From: Candidatus Bathyarchaeota archaeon
Lineage (GTDB): Archaea; Thermoproteota; Bathyarchaeia; Bathyarchaeales; Bathycorpusculaceae
NCBI GenBank assembly: GCA_963780185.1
Contig: CAWABA010000006.1
Coordinates: 832,001-896,000, forward strand
Direction of reading: 5' to 3'
Length of the DNA: 64,000 nucleotides
In this document: one piece after another, positions 1 to 8,939 of the stretch
How positions within the stretch are numbered: the first letter of the stretch is position 1
Layout of the letters: the number at the start of each line of letters is the position of its first letter
Made by a program: the position numbers and the translations under genes
The notes under the pieces: model-generated
What the model saw: only the letters and a program-made list of their open reading frames with translations
What the model was told of the DNA's origin: nothing
The model's database searches: none

Positions 1-960
1 CAAAAGCTTCCGATTTTCAGCGGACCAGGCTTATCGCATAACGAGCTTGCTGCACAAATTGTTAGGCAAGCAACTATTCGGGGTGCGAGTGAAGAATTCT
101 TCGTTGTTTTCATCGCGATGGGGTTGGAGCATGATGACGCAGCGTTTTTCAGAAGAAGCTTTGAGGAAACAGGCGCAATAAAGAACGTTGCAATGTTCCT
201 TAACTTGGCTGAAGACCCCCCTGTGGAGCGTATAATTACGCCGAGGGCTGGTTTGACTTTAGCGGAGTATTTGGCGTTCGATCAGGGTTCGCATGTTCTG
301 GTTATTATGACGGACATGACGAATTACTGCGAGGCTCTGCGGGAAGTCAGCGCTTCAATGGAGGAAGTGCCAAGCAGAAAAGGATATCCAGGCTACATGT
401 ACAGCGACCTTGCAAGCCTGTACGAACGGGCAGGAAGAGTAGCGGGCAAGAAAGGCTCAATCACCCAGATGCCTATATTAACTATGCCTAACGACGACAT
501 AACACATCCTATCCCTGACCTCACCGGCTACATAACTGAAGGACAGATTGTGCTGTCCCGCAACTTAGAAAAACAAGGCATTTACCCGCCAATCTACATC
601 ACCACAAGCTTGTCTAGAATAATGAAAGACGGCATCGGTAAAGGGCGAACGAGGGCGGACCATGCCGACGTCGCAAGCCAGTTGTATGCGGCTTATGCAC
701 AATACAACTCGGTAAAATCGCTCGCTACTATCATCGGCGAAGAGGGGCTAGGTGTAAGGGACAAAGAGTACCTGCGTTTCGGCGAACGCTTCGAGAAGAT
801 GCTGATTAACCAAGGAAAAAACGAGAACAGAACGATTGAAGACACCCTTAACATCGCATGGGAAACCTTGTCGGTTTTGTCTAACGAAGAATTGATCCAT
901 GTGCACCCCGAATACATAGAGAAGTACTACGCGAAAGTGGACAAAGGGGTAAGTAAGTAG
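1..960 (+). CDS. atpB: A/V-type ATP synthase subunit B (5' end outside window)
   Basis: Frame open from base 1 ([20 protein letters not shown]); motifs [25 protein letters not shown] and [14 protein letters not shown]. Confidence 0.95.
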   Translation, partial: QKLPIFSGPGLSHNELAAQIVRQATIRGASEEFFVVFIAMGLEHDDAAFFRRSFEETGAIKNVAMFLNLAEDPPVERIITPRAGLTLAEYLAFDQGSHVLVIMTDMTNYCEALREVSASMEEVPSRKGYPGYMYSDLASLYERAGRVAGKKGSITQMPILTMPNDDITHPIPDLTGYITEGQIVLSRNLEKQGIYPPIYITTSLSRIMKDGIGKGRTRADHADVASQLYAAYAQYNSVKSLATIIGEEGLGVRDKEYLRFGERFEKMLINQGKNENRTIEDTLNIAWETLSVLSNEELIHVHPEYIEKYYAKVDKGVSK

Positions 961-1602
961 TTGTCAGCCGAAAACATAAGCCCCACAAGAATAAACCTGA
1001 TACAAACAAAAAAAACCTTAAACCTCGCCCAATCGGGACGAGACGTCCTTGAACGCAAACGTGACATCCTGCTACGGGAACTTCGAAGCAGCATCTACGA
1101 GGCAGAGCGGGCACGCATGGACCTGCTGGAAGCCCTAGCAAAAGCGTATGAAGCGATAAAAGAAGCAAACATGGCAAAAGGCTCAGAGACCATAGCCAAC
1201 GTCGCAGGCGGTTCACGTTTCGAAGCGGATTTCCTGATGGATTTCAAAAGTATAATGGGGGTCGTCGTTCCCGCAGTTGAATTCCAAGGAGCCGACGAAG
1301 TTAAGCCTGACTACGGTTTCGCTAACACCAGCTCCGAACTGGATAAAGCGTTCAAGAATTTTTACAGTTTGCTCGGGTTAATCGCTGATTTAGCCAGAAC
1401 TGAAGGTGCAACGTTTCAGATTGCTGACGACGTGAAGCGGACTCAGCGGCGGGTTAACGCTTTGAATTACGTTCTTATCCCTATGTACCGTAACATCACC
1501 AAGCAGATCGCGCTGGTTTTGGAAGAAAAAGACCGCGAGGAGTTTGTTCGCACTAAAAGAATTAAACAGATGATAAGGAAGCGTGGAAAAGTTGAGTTTT
1601 GA
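961..1602 (+). CDS. atpD: A/V-type ATP synthase subunit D
   Basis: PTRINL...LERKRDIL N-terminus, TQRRVNALNYVLIP, EEKDREEFVRTK; directly follows subunit B. Confidence 0.93.
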   Translation: MSAENISPTRINLIQTKKTLNLAQSGRDVLERKRDILLRELRSSIYEAERARMDLLEALAKAYEAIKEANMAKGSETIANVAGGSRFEADFLMDFKSIMGVVVPAVEFQGADEVKPDYGFANTSSELDKAFKNFYSLLGLIADLARTEGATFQIADDVKRTQRRVNALNYVLIPMYRNITKQIALVLEEKDREEFVRTKRIKQMIRKRGKVEF

Positions 1603-2035
1603 CTTTAAATCTATTAAGAAGATCTTAATCCCAACCGACGGGTCTGAACATAGTTTGCGCGCCGCCGAATACGGCATAGGCATAGCCAAAATGGTTGGGG
1701 CACAAATCCTTGTGGTTTTCGTCGTTGACGAGGTTGTTCTTGACCAGTTGGCGAAAGTAACCGAGCGGGAAGCTACTGAACGGGAACTGAAGGATGACGG
1801 GTTAGGCTACGTCAACTATGTCCTTGGCTTAGCAGAAAAAGCAGGCGTAAACGCTTCTTCCATGGTCGCGGAAGGAAGGCCGTTTGAACGAATTGTGCAT
1901 TTAGCGAAAGAGTTAAACGTTGATTTGATCGTGATGGGCACGTACGGGCGAAGGGGCGCCGAAAGGATTCTCATCGGCAGCGTCGCGGAACGAGTGATTG
2001 AATACGCTTCTTGCCCCGTCTTAGTCGTCAAATAA
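1583..2035 (+). CDS. Universal stress protein (UspA family)
   Basis: KILIPTDGSEHS, DLIVMGTYGRRG and LIGSVAERVIEYASCPVLVV motifs. Confidence 0.93.
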   Translation: MEKLSFDFKSIKKILIPTDGSEHSLRAAEYGIGIAKMVGAQILVVFVVDEVVLDQLAKVTEREATERELKDDGLGYVNYVLGLAEKAGVNASSMVAEGRPFERIVHLAKELNVDLIVMGTYGRRGAERILIGSVAERVIEYASCPVLVVK

Positions 2036-2059
2036 ACATTCAGATAAGGTGGAAAACGC

Positions 2060-2230
2060 ATGTCAAAAGCAAAGTTAGAAAAAGACTTCCAAGAGTTTAA
2101 CCTGCAAATTGAAAAGTTAGCAGAGGAAGAAATAAAAGACATCAAGGAAAAGGCGGATGCGGTGCAGGCGGAAGCTGCCAAAGTCGGCGCAAAGGTTGAA
2201 GTCTCAATCAAGGAAACGAAGGCAAAATAG
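2060..2230 (+). CDS. 56-aa charged helical protein, possibly a peripheral-stalk (G/H-like) subunit
   Basis: Below ORF-track cutoff; ATG preceded by AAGGTGG; MSKAKLEKDFQEFNLQIEKLAEEEIKDIKEKADAVQAEAAKVGAKVEVSIKETKAK; lies inside ATPase gene run. Confidence 0.6.
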   Translation: MSKAKLEKDFQEFNLQIEKLAEEEIKDIKEKADAVQAEAAKVGAKVEVSIKETKAK

Positions 2231-2289
2231 GAAGGAAAAAGGTTAATAGCTAGCGGCAACTTGTCCGTTTCTAACGGAGAGACATAGGT

Positions 2290-2625
2290 ATGAAAGGAAA
2301 AGTAATTGCTTTATTTGTGCTTCCACTAGCGCTCCTCATACCCATCGGGTTCGCAGCAGCCATAACCGTTACCACCTTACAATCAACTACATCCACAACA
2401 ACAGGACAATACGACACGTTCGGCTTAGCGATCGGCGCAGGACTCTCAATCGGCTTAGCAGCGTTGGGCGCGGGAATTGGAATTTCAGCCGCAGGCAGCG
2501 CAGCAATCAGCGCATTAGCAGAGAAACCTGACACATTCTTCAGAAGTTTCTTGATCGTTGCGTTGGCTGAAGCACTGGCAATCTATGGCTTAATCATGGG
2601 TATTCTGCTCTGGATTAAGATTTAG
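2290..2625 (+). CDS. atpK: A/V-type ATP synthase proteolipid subunit K/c
   Basis: Gly/Ala-rich hairpin GLAALGAGIGI and carboxylate helix VALAEALAIYGL; N-terminal signal-like extension. Confidence 0.92.
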   Translation: MKGKVIALFVLPLALLIPIGFAAAITVTTLQSTTSTTTGQYDTFGLAIGAGLSIGLAALGAGIGISAAGSAAISALAEKPDTFFRSFLIVALAEALAIYGLIMGILLWIKI

Positions 2626-2947
2626 AAAACCATTTTTTTATTTTATTTGTTCGCTGTAGATTTTTCGGCTTATTCATCTTTCTGCAAAAAACCTGATTCT
2701 TTCTTATTTTTTGGTTCTTGAAGGGTAGAGCCAGAATTCCAGGTTTGTCTCTGCGAAATTTTATTAAACTCAGAATTTCGGGTAACGCATCTCTGACCCC
2801 TGCGAAGATTTGGCAACTTAGACCTGTTGTCGCAATCTACAATCACATCGACTTAAATGTTGTAGTCACAAAGATTAACATGCATCATTTTGAGTCAACC
2901 TGAATGCGCCCTCAGGTTAATCGATAAACAAAAATGGCGGAAAAGAA

Positions 2948-4037
2948 ATGCGGGAAAACCTGAAAAAATACGTTTCCGTTTCGTTCTTCATCGGCTTCTC
3001 CGCCTTTGTCCATCTATCTTCTATCCTTCTCCAACGTCGGCTCAATCATAGATGTCATGGGAAAAACAAGCATAACCGTTTACGCCTTAGCGTTCATTTG
3101 CGTTTTATGCGGAGTAATCTTCGACGCCCTCACGTGGCACCAGATACTCGGTAAACTCTCCGTGAAAACAACTTTCCGCCGCGTTTTCACGTTAAGTTGG
3201 GTAGGAATTTTCGTTGACGCCATCGTTCCCAGCGGCTGGTCAGGAGACGTGTTCAAGGCTTACTTGTTGTCCAAAGACGGAGCTGACGGCTCAAAAACTG
3301 CAGCCTCCATTGTGGTGAAGAAGGTTTTTGAGCTAGTAATGACTCTGGCAGCGTTGCTTTTTGGCTTAGTCCTCTTGGTCGCCAATTACTCGTTGGACAA
3401 TGAATTAGTCATTGTCATAGGCGCAATGATGGCATTGATTTCTTTGCCCTTAGTGTTGATTCTTTATCTTAGTGTTAGCGCGAGGACGAGCCAGATGGTT
3501 TTCAAGTTTATGCGCCGATTCTCCACTTTGATAAGAGGGAAAAATTCTGATACCCCCGAATTTGAAAACAAGCTTAGAAAATCCCTCGGCGAATTTCACA
3601 ACGGAATCATGATGCTCAAAACAAACCCCAAAAAAATGTTTCAGCCACTGATATTCCAAGCAATCTCATGGATTTTCAGCATATTAACTCTGTTTCTGAT
3701 TTTTGCGTCAATAGGATACATAATAAGCCCTGACAAAATCATAATAACAAACTCAATAACAGCTAATTTTCAAACTCAAGGGTTCGCCGCCGCCGGGTTT
3801 TTGCCGCTTATCTCAAGCTTGCTTTACCGTATGCTGGGCACGGCGTCGCTTGTGAGTGTAGCGTCAAGTCTGTTGGCTAGTTTTCCGACTTTCTGGTTCA
3901 GGGTCATTATCGCCTTCGTTGTTTTCCAAGTTATGGTGTTTGACCGCGCTGTCCCTTTTTTGAGGGCAGAAACCAAGGGTATAACCGCTGAGAAACAGGG
4001 TTTGCTTGATTTCCCCGAAAAGCCAAAGCCCATTTGA
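2948..4037 (+). CDS. UPF0104 / lysylphosphatidylglycerol-synthase TM-domain (flippase-like) membrane protein, one frameshift near 3010
   Basis: MRENLKKYVSVSFFIGFSAFV joins IYLLSFSNV if one C is removed from TTTGTCCATCTAT; motif IVPSGWSGDVFKAYLL; multi-TM. Confidence 0.75.
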
Positions 4038-4167
4038 AAAGCACTAAGTAGACGCCAACTGAACAAAAATAATAGCAGACTGTGTTCTGAAATTGTCGTT
4101 TTTCCGAAAAGATAATAATGCCTGATTACTTAACCTTATTTTAGTTTGAAGGGATTTGTTGTTTTGA

Positions 4168-5604
4168 TTGCTAAAGGTGCGTAGTTTGCAGGCGAATTCA
4201 CTATCGTTTACGATCGTTCCTGAAATTCCGGCGGATTACTTTAGCAAGTTCTACGAATACATGAATCGGTTCTTCCTCGCCCCTCAAAAAAACAGGTTCG
4301 CTGATATTTCAACAGGCGATTTCTCGGTCAGCTATTCAATTTTAGATTCCAACGGCAAGAAAATTCTAAATGTGCGCGCCTCCGGCAACGAAGCTATCAA
4401 CGCGGTTATCGAGCCTCTTAACCAACCAGTTCCAGAAGAGGAGGTTTCCAGGTCCAAAGAAGACATTAGGATAGCCGTGGATGCATTTGAAGAACAAATT
4501 AGAAAGAACAGTCTTTTCTTCGCTTGGAGAGAAGGCGAATCAATTGTGCCTGAAAAGGTTTCAAGTAAAGAAAACAAGTCTCTGCGCCGCATTTTTTTGG
4601 AAACTCAGATTTTGCTTATCGCCGCGTTCATGACTGTGGGAATATTGCTGTTCCTCATCATTGGACCACTGGTTCCCATCGTTTTACTTGCTATCCAATT
4701 CGTCTTTGTTTTTTACTCAAACAAGATAGTTGCTAGGTCGGCAGATTGGCACATCACGGAGAAAGATCCTTACCTTCACATCCTGCAGTATCCCCTGTCC
4801 GCAGAGTTGGATGCGTCAAACAAGAAGCTGTCGAAAAAAGATTTGGCTCAGCTTAAACAAGAAATTTATAAGTTAACGATAGCTGAGAACGGCGAACTTG
4901 ACTGCCAAACGGCACACGACGTTTTCGCCAAGTACGGGATTGACTGCAAAACCCAAGATTTGATTGCCAAGAAAGTTAACGTTTACGACATTGTTAAGAG
5001 AACTGCTGACAAATTCGGTTACAAAGTTCCAGAAATCATAGTGTCTAACACTTTGCTGCCAAACGCCGCAGCTTCAGGTCCCACGCCCAGCAGAGGCATA
5101 GTCTTGGTTACAACTGGAACGTTTCTGCAGCTTAATGATGAAGAAATCGAGTCTGTTTTGGGTCACGAGTTCGGGCACCTGAAAGGTCATGACCCGCTTT
5201 GGCTTTACGGTTTATCAGCGATTCAGTACCTCTTCTGGTTCTACATAATTTTCACGTTGGTAAAAACCAGCTCAACTTTTCTGCTAATAATCTACTTGTG
5301 GGCGCTTCTGACGTTGACTTACTTCGTCTCCAAGTTCTTTGAGGCACGAGCGGACTTAATTTCAGCGATTGTAATAGGGAAACCGAAGGTTTTGGCTGAT
5401 TCGCTTGAAAAAATAGGCTTCCAAAGACTGCTTTACGAGCGTGTCCCATCTTTCCGTTTCCAAGAATGGCTGAATTGGGATCCACATCCGCCGATTTATT
5501 TTAGAATTGCCAGACTTCGCGGCATAGAGGACCCCTCAAGAATTAAGCATCCTCTTCGGCAATCAGCAAGGGAAGTCATAAGAGGTTTCATTAAAAGCTT
5601 CTAA
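4168..5604 (+). CDS. M48-family (HtpX-like) membrane zinc metalloprotease with long N-terminal extension
   Basis: PNAAA, HEFGH zinc motif, FFEARAD, HPP..RI. Confidence 0.88.
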   Translation: MLKVRSLQANSLSFTIVPEIPADYFSKFYEYMNRFFLAPQKNRFADISTGDFSVSYSILDSNGKKILNVRASGNEAINAVIEPLNQPVPEEEVSRSKEDIRIAVDAFEEQIRKNSLFFAWREGESIVPEKVSSKENKSLRRIFLETQILLIAAFMTVGILLFLIIGPLVPIVLLAIQFVFVFYSNKIVARSADWHITEKDPYLHILQYPLSAELDASNKKLSKKDLAQLKQEIYKLTIAENGELDCQTAHDVFAKYGIDCKTQDLIAKKVNVYDIVKRTADKFGYKVPEIIVSNTLLPNAAASGPTPSRGIVLVTTGTFLQLNDEEIESVLGHEFGHLKGHDPLWLYGLSAIQYLFWFYIIFTLVKTSSTFLLIIYLWALLTLTYFVSKFFEARADLISAIVIGKPKVLADSLEKIGFQRLLYERVPSFRFQEWLNWDPHPPIYFRIARLRGIEDPSRIKHPLRQSAREVIRGFIKSF

Positions 5605-5672
5605 ATTACGGGCCTAAACTCCAAAATTTCACTATGGATTCCTAAGTGCCTTCGTAATAATCGGTCGGTGTT

Positions 5673-5693
5673 GAGTCGCTAACTAAGCGACTT
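5673..5693. terminator. Hairpin between convergent genes
   Basis: AGTCGCT-AACTA-AGCGACT inverted repeat. Confidence 0.35.
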
Positions 5694-5763
5694 GAGACTT
5701 GAAGTAGAAAACCCGTATCTAATTGGACAAGAAGGATTTAACAAAAATAGTGCGAGATGGATG

Positions 5764-6342
5764 CTAAACGTATTTTTTGTCGTTGTAGCAGTACCATCGG
5801 CTATACTGGGGAATCCACGTTAGAGGCTTATTGCAGGTTGGGCACAGCGGCGCAGTGGATTGTTTCGGGGACGTTTTTGTCTTTTCATCTTTGAATACTT
5901 CTTCCCAATCTTCCTTTTTCGCAGATTCCTCTGGATTAACGTATTTCTTGTCGTTGTAGCAGTACCACCGCTTATACTGCGGAATCCAAGTAAGCGGCTG
6001 ATTGCATGTTGGGCAAAGCGGCTGGGCAGATTTTTTAGGTTCGGCTTGCACCGTCGGTTTCGCCTCTTCAGCTTGAGAGCTTTCGGTTTCTTCCTTTTTG
6101 CATTCCGCGTGGCTGCCAGTCAAAAATTCGGGTTTCAGCACAATGAAATCTGACGCTGCCTGAATATCTTGCCATTGGATGCATTGGAGTTCGCCAGCAG
6201 TGTTTTCCACTGAGAGTGAAATTCCAAGTTGCCCAACGACGAAGGCAACATCTTTGACTTTTCCAACCAAGTGACCTTGAGAATCTATTACTTGCATAGA
6301 GACAAGTGCGTTTTTAGTTAGAGGTTTATCGGTTTTAGCCAT
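5764..6342 (-). CDS. PRC-barrel protein with two C-terminal zinc-ribbon-like repeats
   Basis: MQVIDSQGHLVGKVKDV...IQWQDIQAASDFIVLK (PRC); CPTCNxPLTWIPQYxRWYCYNDKKYV twice. Confidence 0.8.
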   Translation of the reverse strand: MAKTDKPLTKNALVSMQVIDSQGHLVGKVKDVAFVVGQLGISLSVENTAGELQCIQWQDIQAASDFIVLKPEFLTGSHAECKKEETESSQAEEAKPTVQAEPKKSAQPLCPTCNQPLTWIPQYKRWYCYNDKKYVNPEESAKKEDWEEVFKDEKTKTSPKQSTAPLCPTCNKPLTWIPQYSRWYCYNDKKYV

Positions 6343-6395
6343 CTTGATACAGCCCTACTCTGATTATAGCTAGCTTGTTTAAAGGATTTTCGTTT

Positions 6396-6953
6396 TTAAC
6401 TCGAAACGTGCTGCGAATCCAGATTTGTGGGGATTTCCCAGTAGCTGATGATGTCGCCTTTGACCCATTTGCCGCCTAAGCTGCGAACAACCTCGTTAAT
6501 GTCTTCCCATTCAGCCTTCAAAAACTGAATAGGCTTAACCACAACACAATCCTCCTTGGCATGGAAACTAAGCAGTTTACGTTGGTCTGGGCTGAACTCG
6601 TTTTCCCATTTCGCGGTGGATTTAGGGGGCTGCGAGACCTGCGGTGCCTTCGCGGTTGCAGGCTTAGGCTCAAGTTTGGGTTCAACTTTGAGGGCTACGG
6701 CGGGTTTAGGGGCAGCTTTTGGCTCCGCGCCTTTGGTAAGCTTCATCTCTGGAGTTGGGCAGCCTTCAGCTACGTCCTCAAAAGTTTCGCTTCTCACTAC
6801 AGCAAGCACCTGCCTAAAAAATAGATCGAACTTTAGGTCTAACAGTTCGGCGTCAGCAGGCAAATTTGAAGCAAAAGCCGATGCCTCACCCTGCAGCAAC
6901 TTGACGAGCTGTTCGGGGGTTAATTTGATAACTCGGATCTTCATTTTGAGCAC
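6396..6953 (-). CDS. Hypothetical two-domain protein with Pro/Lys/Ala linker
   Basis: Protein-like ORF in an otherwise empty interval. Confidence 0.65.
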   Translation of the reverse strand: MLKMKIRVIKLTPEQLVKLLQGEASAFASNLPADAELLDLKFDLFFRQVLAVVRSETFEDVAEGCPTPEMKLTKGAEPKAAPKPAVALKVEPKLEPKPATAKAPQVSQPPKSTAKWENEFSPDQRKLLSFHAKEDCVVVKPIQFLKAEWEDINEVVRSLGGKWVKGDIISYWEIPTNLDSQHVSS

Positions 6954-7017
6954 TCAGTGCCTTTAGGTCATCGATAACTTAAAAGCGTTATCCACAGGTA
7001 CACAGCAAAGCTTTTTC

Positions 7018-7665
7018 TCATTTTTTGAGAATCTGCCGCTCAACCGTGGTTCGCTGGGCTTTAGCTCTGGTGGCTCTCCACTCGGCAAAGTTGCCAGAAT
7101 AAAGCCCCCAGCTTTTCAGCTTCGGCGTAACCGCTCTGAGTAGAGCGGGGCAGACTGCAAGTTGGATAACCAGATTTAGGCTGTAGGTGGAGGCAAGGAC
7201 GATTGCGAAGGAGAAGTTGCCGATGAAATTGAATGGCAGAATCCCGATGTTGAAGAGGTATAGGTATTGCCATAGTATGTAGGTGGTGCCTACGAAAAGG
7301 GTAACCGCGTACACAATCATGAGCATAAGTAAGTTTCTTTTTGATCTGCCTTCCGACGCATTCCGGGGGATAAGAGCCCAGTTTAAACTGAAGATAATTA
7401 GTGCAGTAACCGATTCTACCCATGCCGCGTAAGGAGGCACTCCCTCAACGTACAATCCGCCGATGAAAGCGCCAACCATGCTGCCGACAAGCCCCGGCCA
7501 ACCGAACCAGACGGGGAGGACACCGAGCAGAATGACGGGAAGATAAAGAAGCGTAAATCCCGGCAGCATGCCTATGGCTGAACCATAAAATAATACAGCG
7601 TAAAGCGCCGCTACCATAGCCATTATTGAAACTTGTTTTGCTTTGTTTTGTCTTTGCGGCAGCAT
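7018..7665 (-). CDS. Membrane protein, ECF S-component (QueT-like)
   Basis: MAMVAALYAVL and LPVWFGWPGLVGSMVGAFIG patterns, ~6 TM; start moved to ATG 7665. Confidence 0.6.
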   Translation of the reverse strand: MLPQRQNKAKQVSIMAMVAALYAVLFYGSAIGMLPGFTLLYLPVILLGVLPVWFGWPGLVGSMVGAFIGGLYVEGVPPYAAWVESVTALIIFSLNWALIPRNASEGRSKRNLLMLMIVYAVTLFVGTTYILWQYLYLFNIGILPFNFIGNFSFAIVLASTYSLNLVIQLAVCPALLRAVTPKLKSWGLYSGNFAEWRATRAKAQRTTVERQILKK

Positions 7666-7864
7666 ATTATTCGTCCTATGTTGGGTTTGACGGTTGGAAG
7701 GAGGAAATTGAATAAAAGGGTTTTCCCGCGTATTACGTGTGTAATACGTGTGGGTGAACCTGATTTCTCCGCAGAAAAATGCGCAAAATATAAAATAATT
7801 CACAGCTAAAGTATAAAAGTTCCAACAATAGTATTAAATAAAAATCGTCAAACCCGGGTCAACG

Positions 7865-8845
7865 ATGACTTTCAAACATCCATCAACCAAAACCGTTTTC
7901 GTCATAGCGGTCGCCGTCATCCTCGCCATAAACCTATACACCCTCGTTTTGGCATACCCCGAAACCCATACCCCTTCACACGGGATTACTTCGACGGCGC
8001 CGATACTGGCAAAAGACTTCTCAGCCTATTACATGGGCGCCTGGCGCCTCTGGAACAACCCATCACACATCTACACCTCCGGACTCCTAAACGACGGAGA
8101 ACCAACAATCCTGCCTCACCCTGAAACCTACAAGTACCTGCCATCCTTTCTGCTTCTCGTCTCACCTTTCCTCGCGTTGAACTATCAGCCTGCGCTCACG
8201 GCGTTTGACATCGTTCAGTTCCTGATGCTTCCGTTCATGGCGTTTTTCATTTACAAAATCTTAAGCGGTAAACCTCTTGCAGTGACCTTCATAGTTATCC
8301 TTGTTGCCCTTCTTCTGCCTCTCCCGTTCCCGCAGTGGGGCTTCTCGCCGAGTTACTATTGGCAGTGGGGCGAAGGACAAGCTAAAGTCTTCATCACCTT
8401 CCTGCTTCTGCTCAGCTTCTACCTTGGCTGGCGCAACAAACCAATCCTCTCAGGAATCGTCTATGCATTCGGGTTCTTTGACCCAAGGTTCGGGCTGCTG
8501 GCGATACCGCTTATCGTTGCGTACAACCGAAAAAACCTCAAACTTTTCGGGGCAAGCGCCGCCGTCTCTCTCGTTGTGTCAAATGGAATGCTGCTGATTT
8601 CAGGCATCCGCACAAGCTTCGTAACCATGGTTTTCTCCAACGCCGTAGCAACTCCGCTCTTCTACTACTCGTTAATCCCGCTAGTTACGTTGTCTGTGTT
8701 GATCGCAGTTAATTTTAAAGAGGAAGGCCGCGCGTTCGGTTTAATAAAAACCCGCAAAAATCCAGATGAAGCCAAAAAAAGACGAGAAACTTCCGAAAAA
8801 GCCTTGACACCCAAAAAAATTCAAAGTCAACACAGCCAAGAATAA
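7865..8845 (+). CDS. GT-C fold membrane glycosyltransferase (GT87/DUF2029-like)
   Basis: DFSAYYMGA, YKYLPSFLLL, GQ motif; multi-TM. Confidence 0.72.
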   Translation: MTFKHPSTKTVFVIAVAVILAINLYTLVLAYPETHTPSHGITSTAPILAKDFSAYYMGAWRLWNNPSHIYTSGLLNDGEPTILPHPETYKYLPSFLLLVSPFLALNYQPALTAFDIVQFLMLPFMAFFIYKILSGKPLAVTFIVILVALLLPLPFPQWGFSPSYYWQWGEGQAKVFITFLLLLSFYLGWRNKPILSGIVYAFGFFDPRFGLLAIPLIVAYNRKNLKLFGASAAVSLVVSNGMLLISGIRTSFVTMVFSNAVATPLFYYSLIPLVTLSVLIAVNFKEEGRAFGLIKTRKNPDEAKKRRETSEKALTPKKIQSQHSQE

Positions 8846-8939
8846 TATCCAGAAAACGCGTTTTTAGTCTTTCAACGCCTCTGTCGACGCTGTGGGTTTA
8901 CGCAAAAATTTAAGAGGGCACCTGTTCTTTTTTGTTCGC

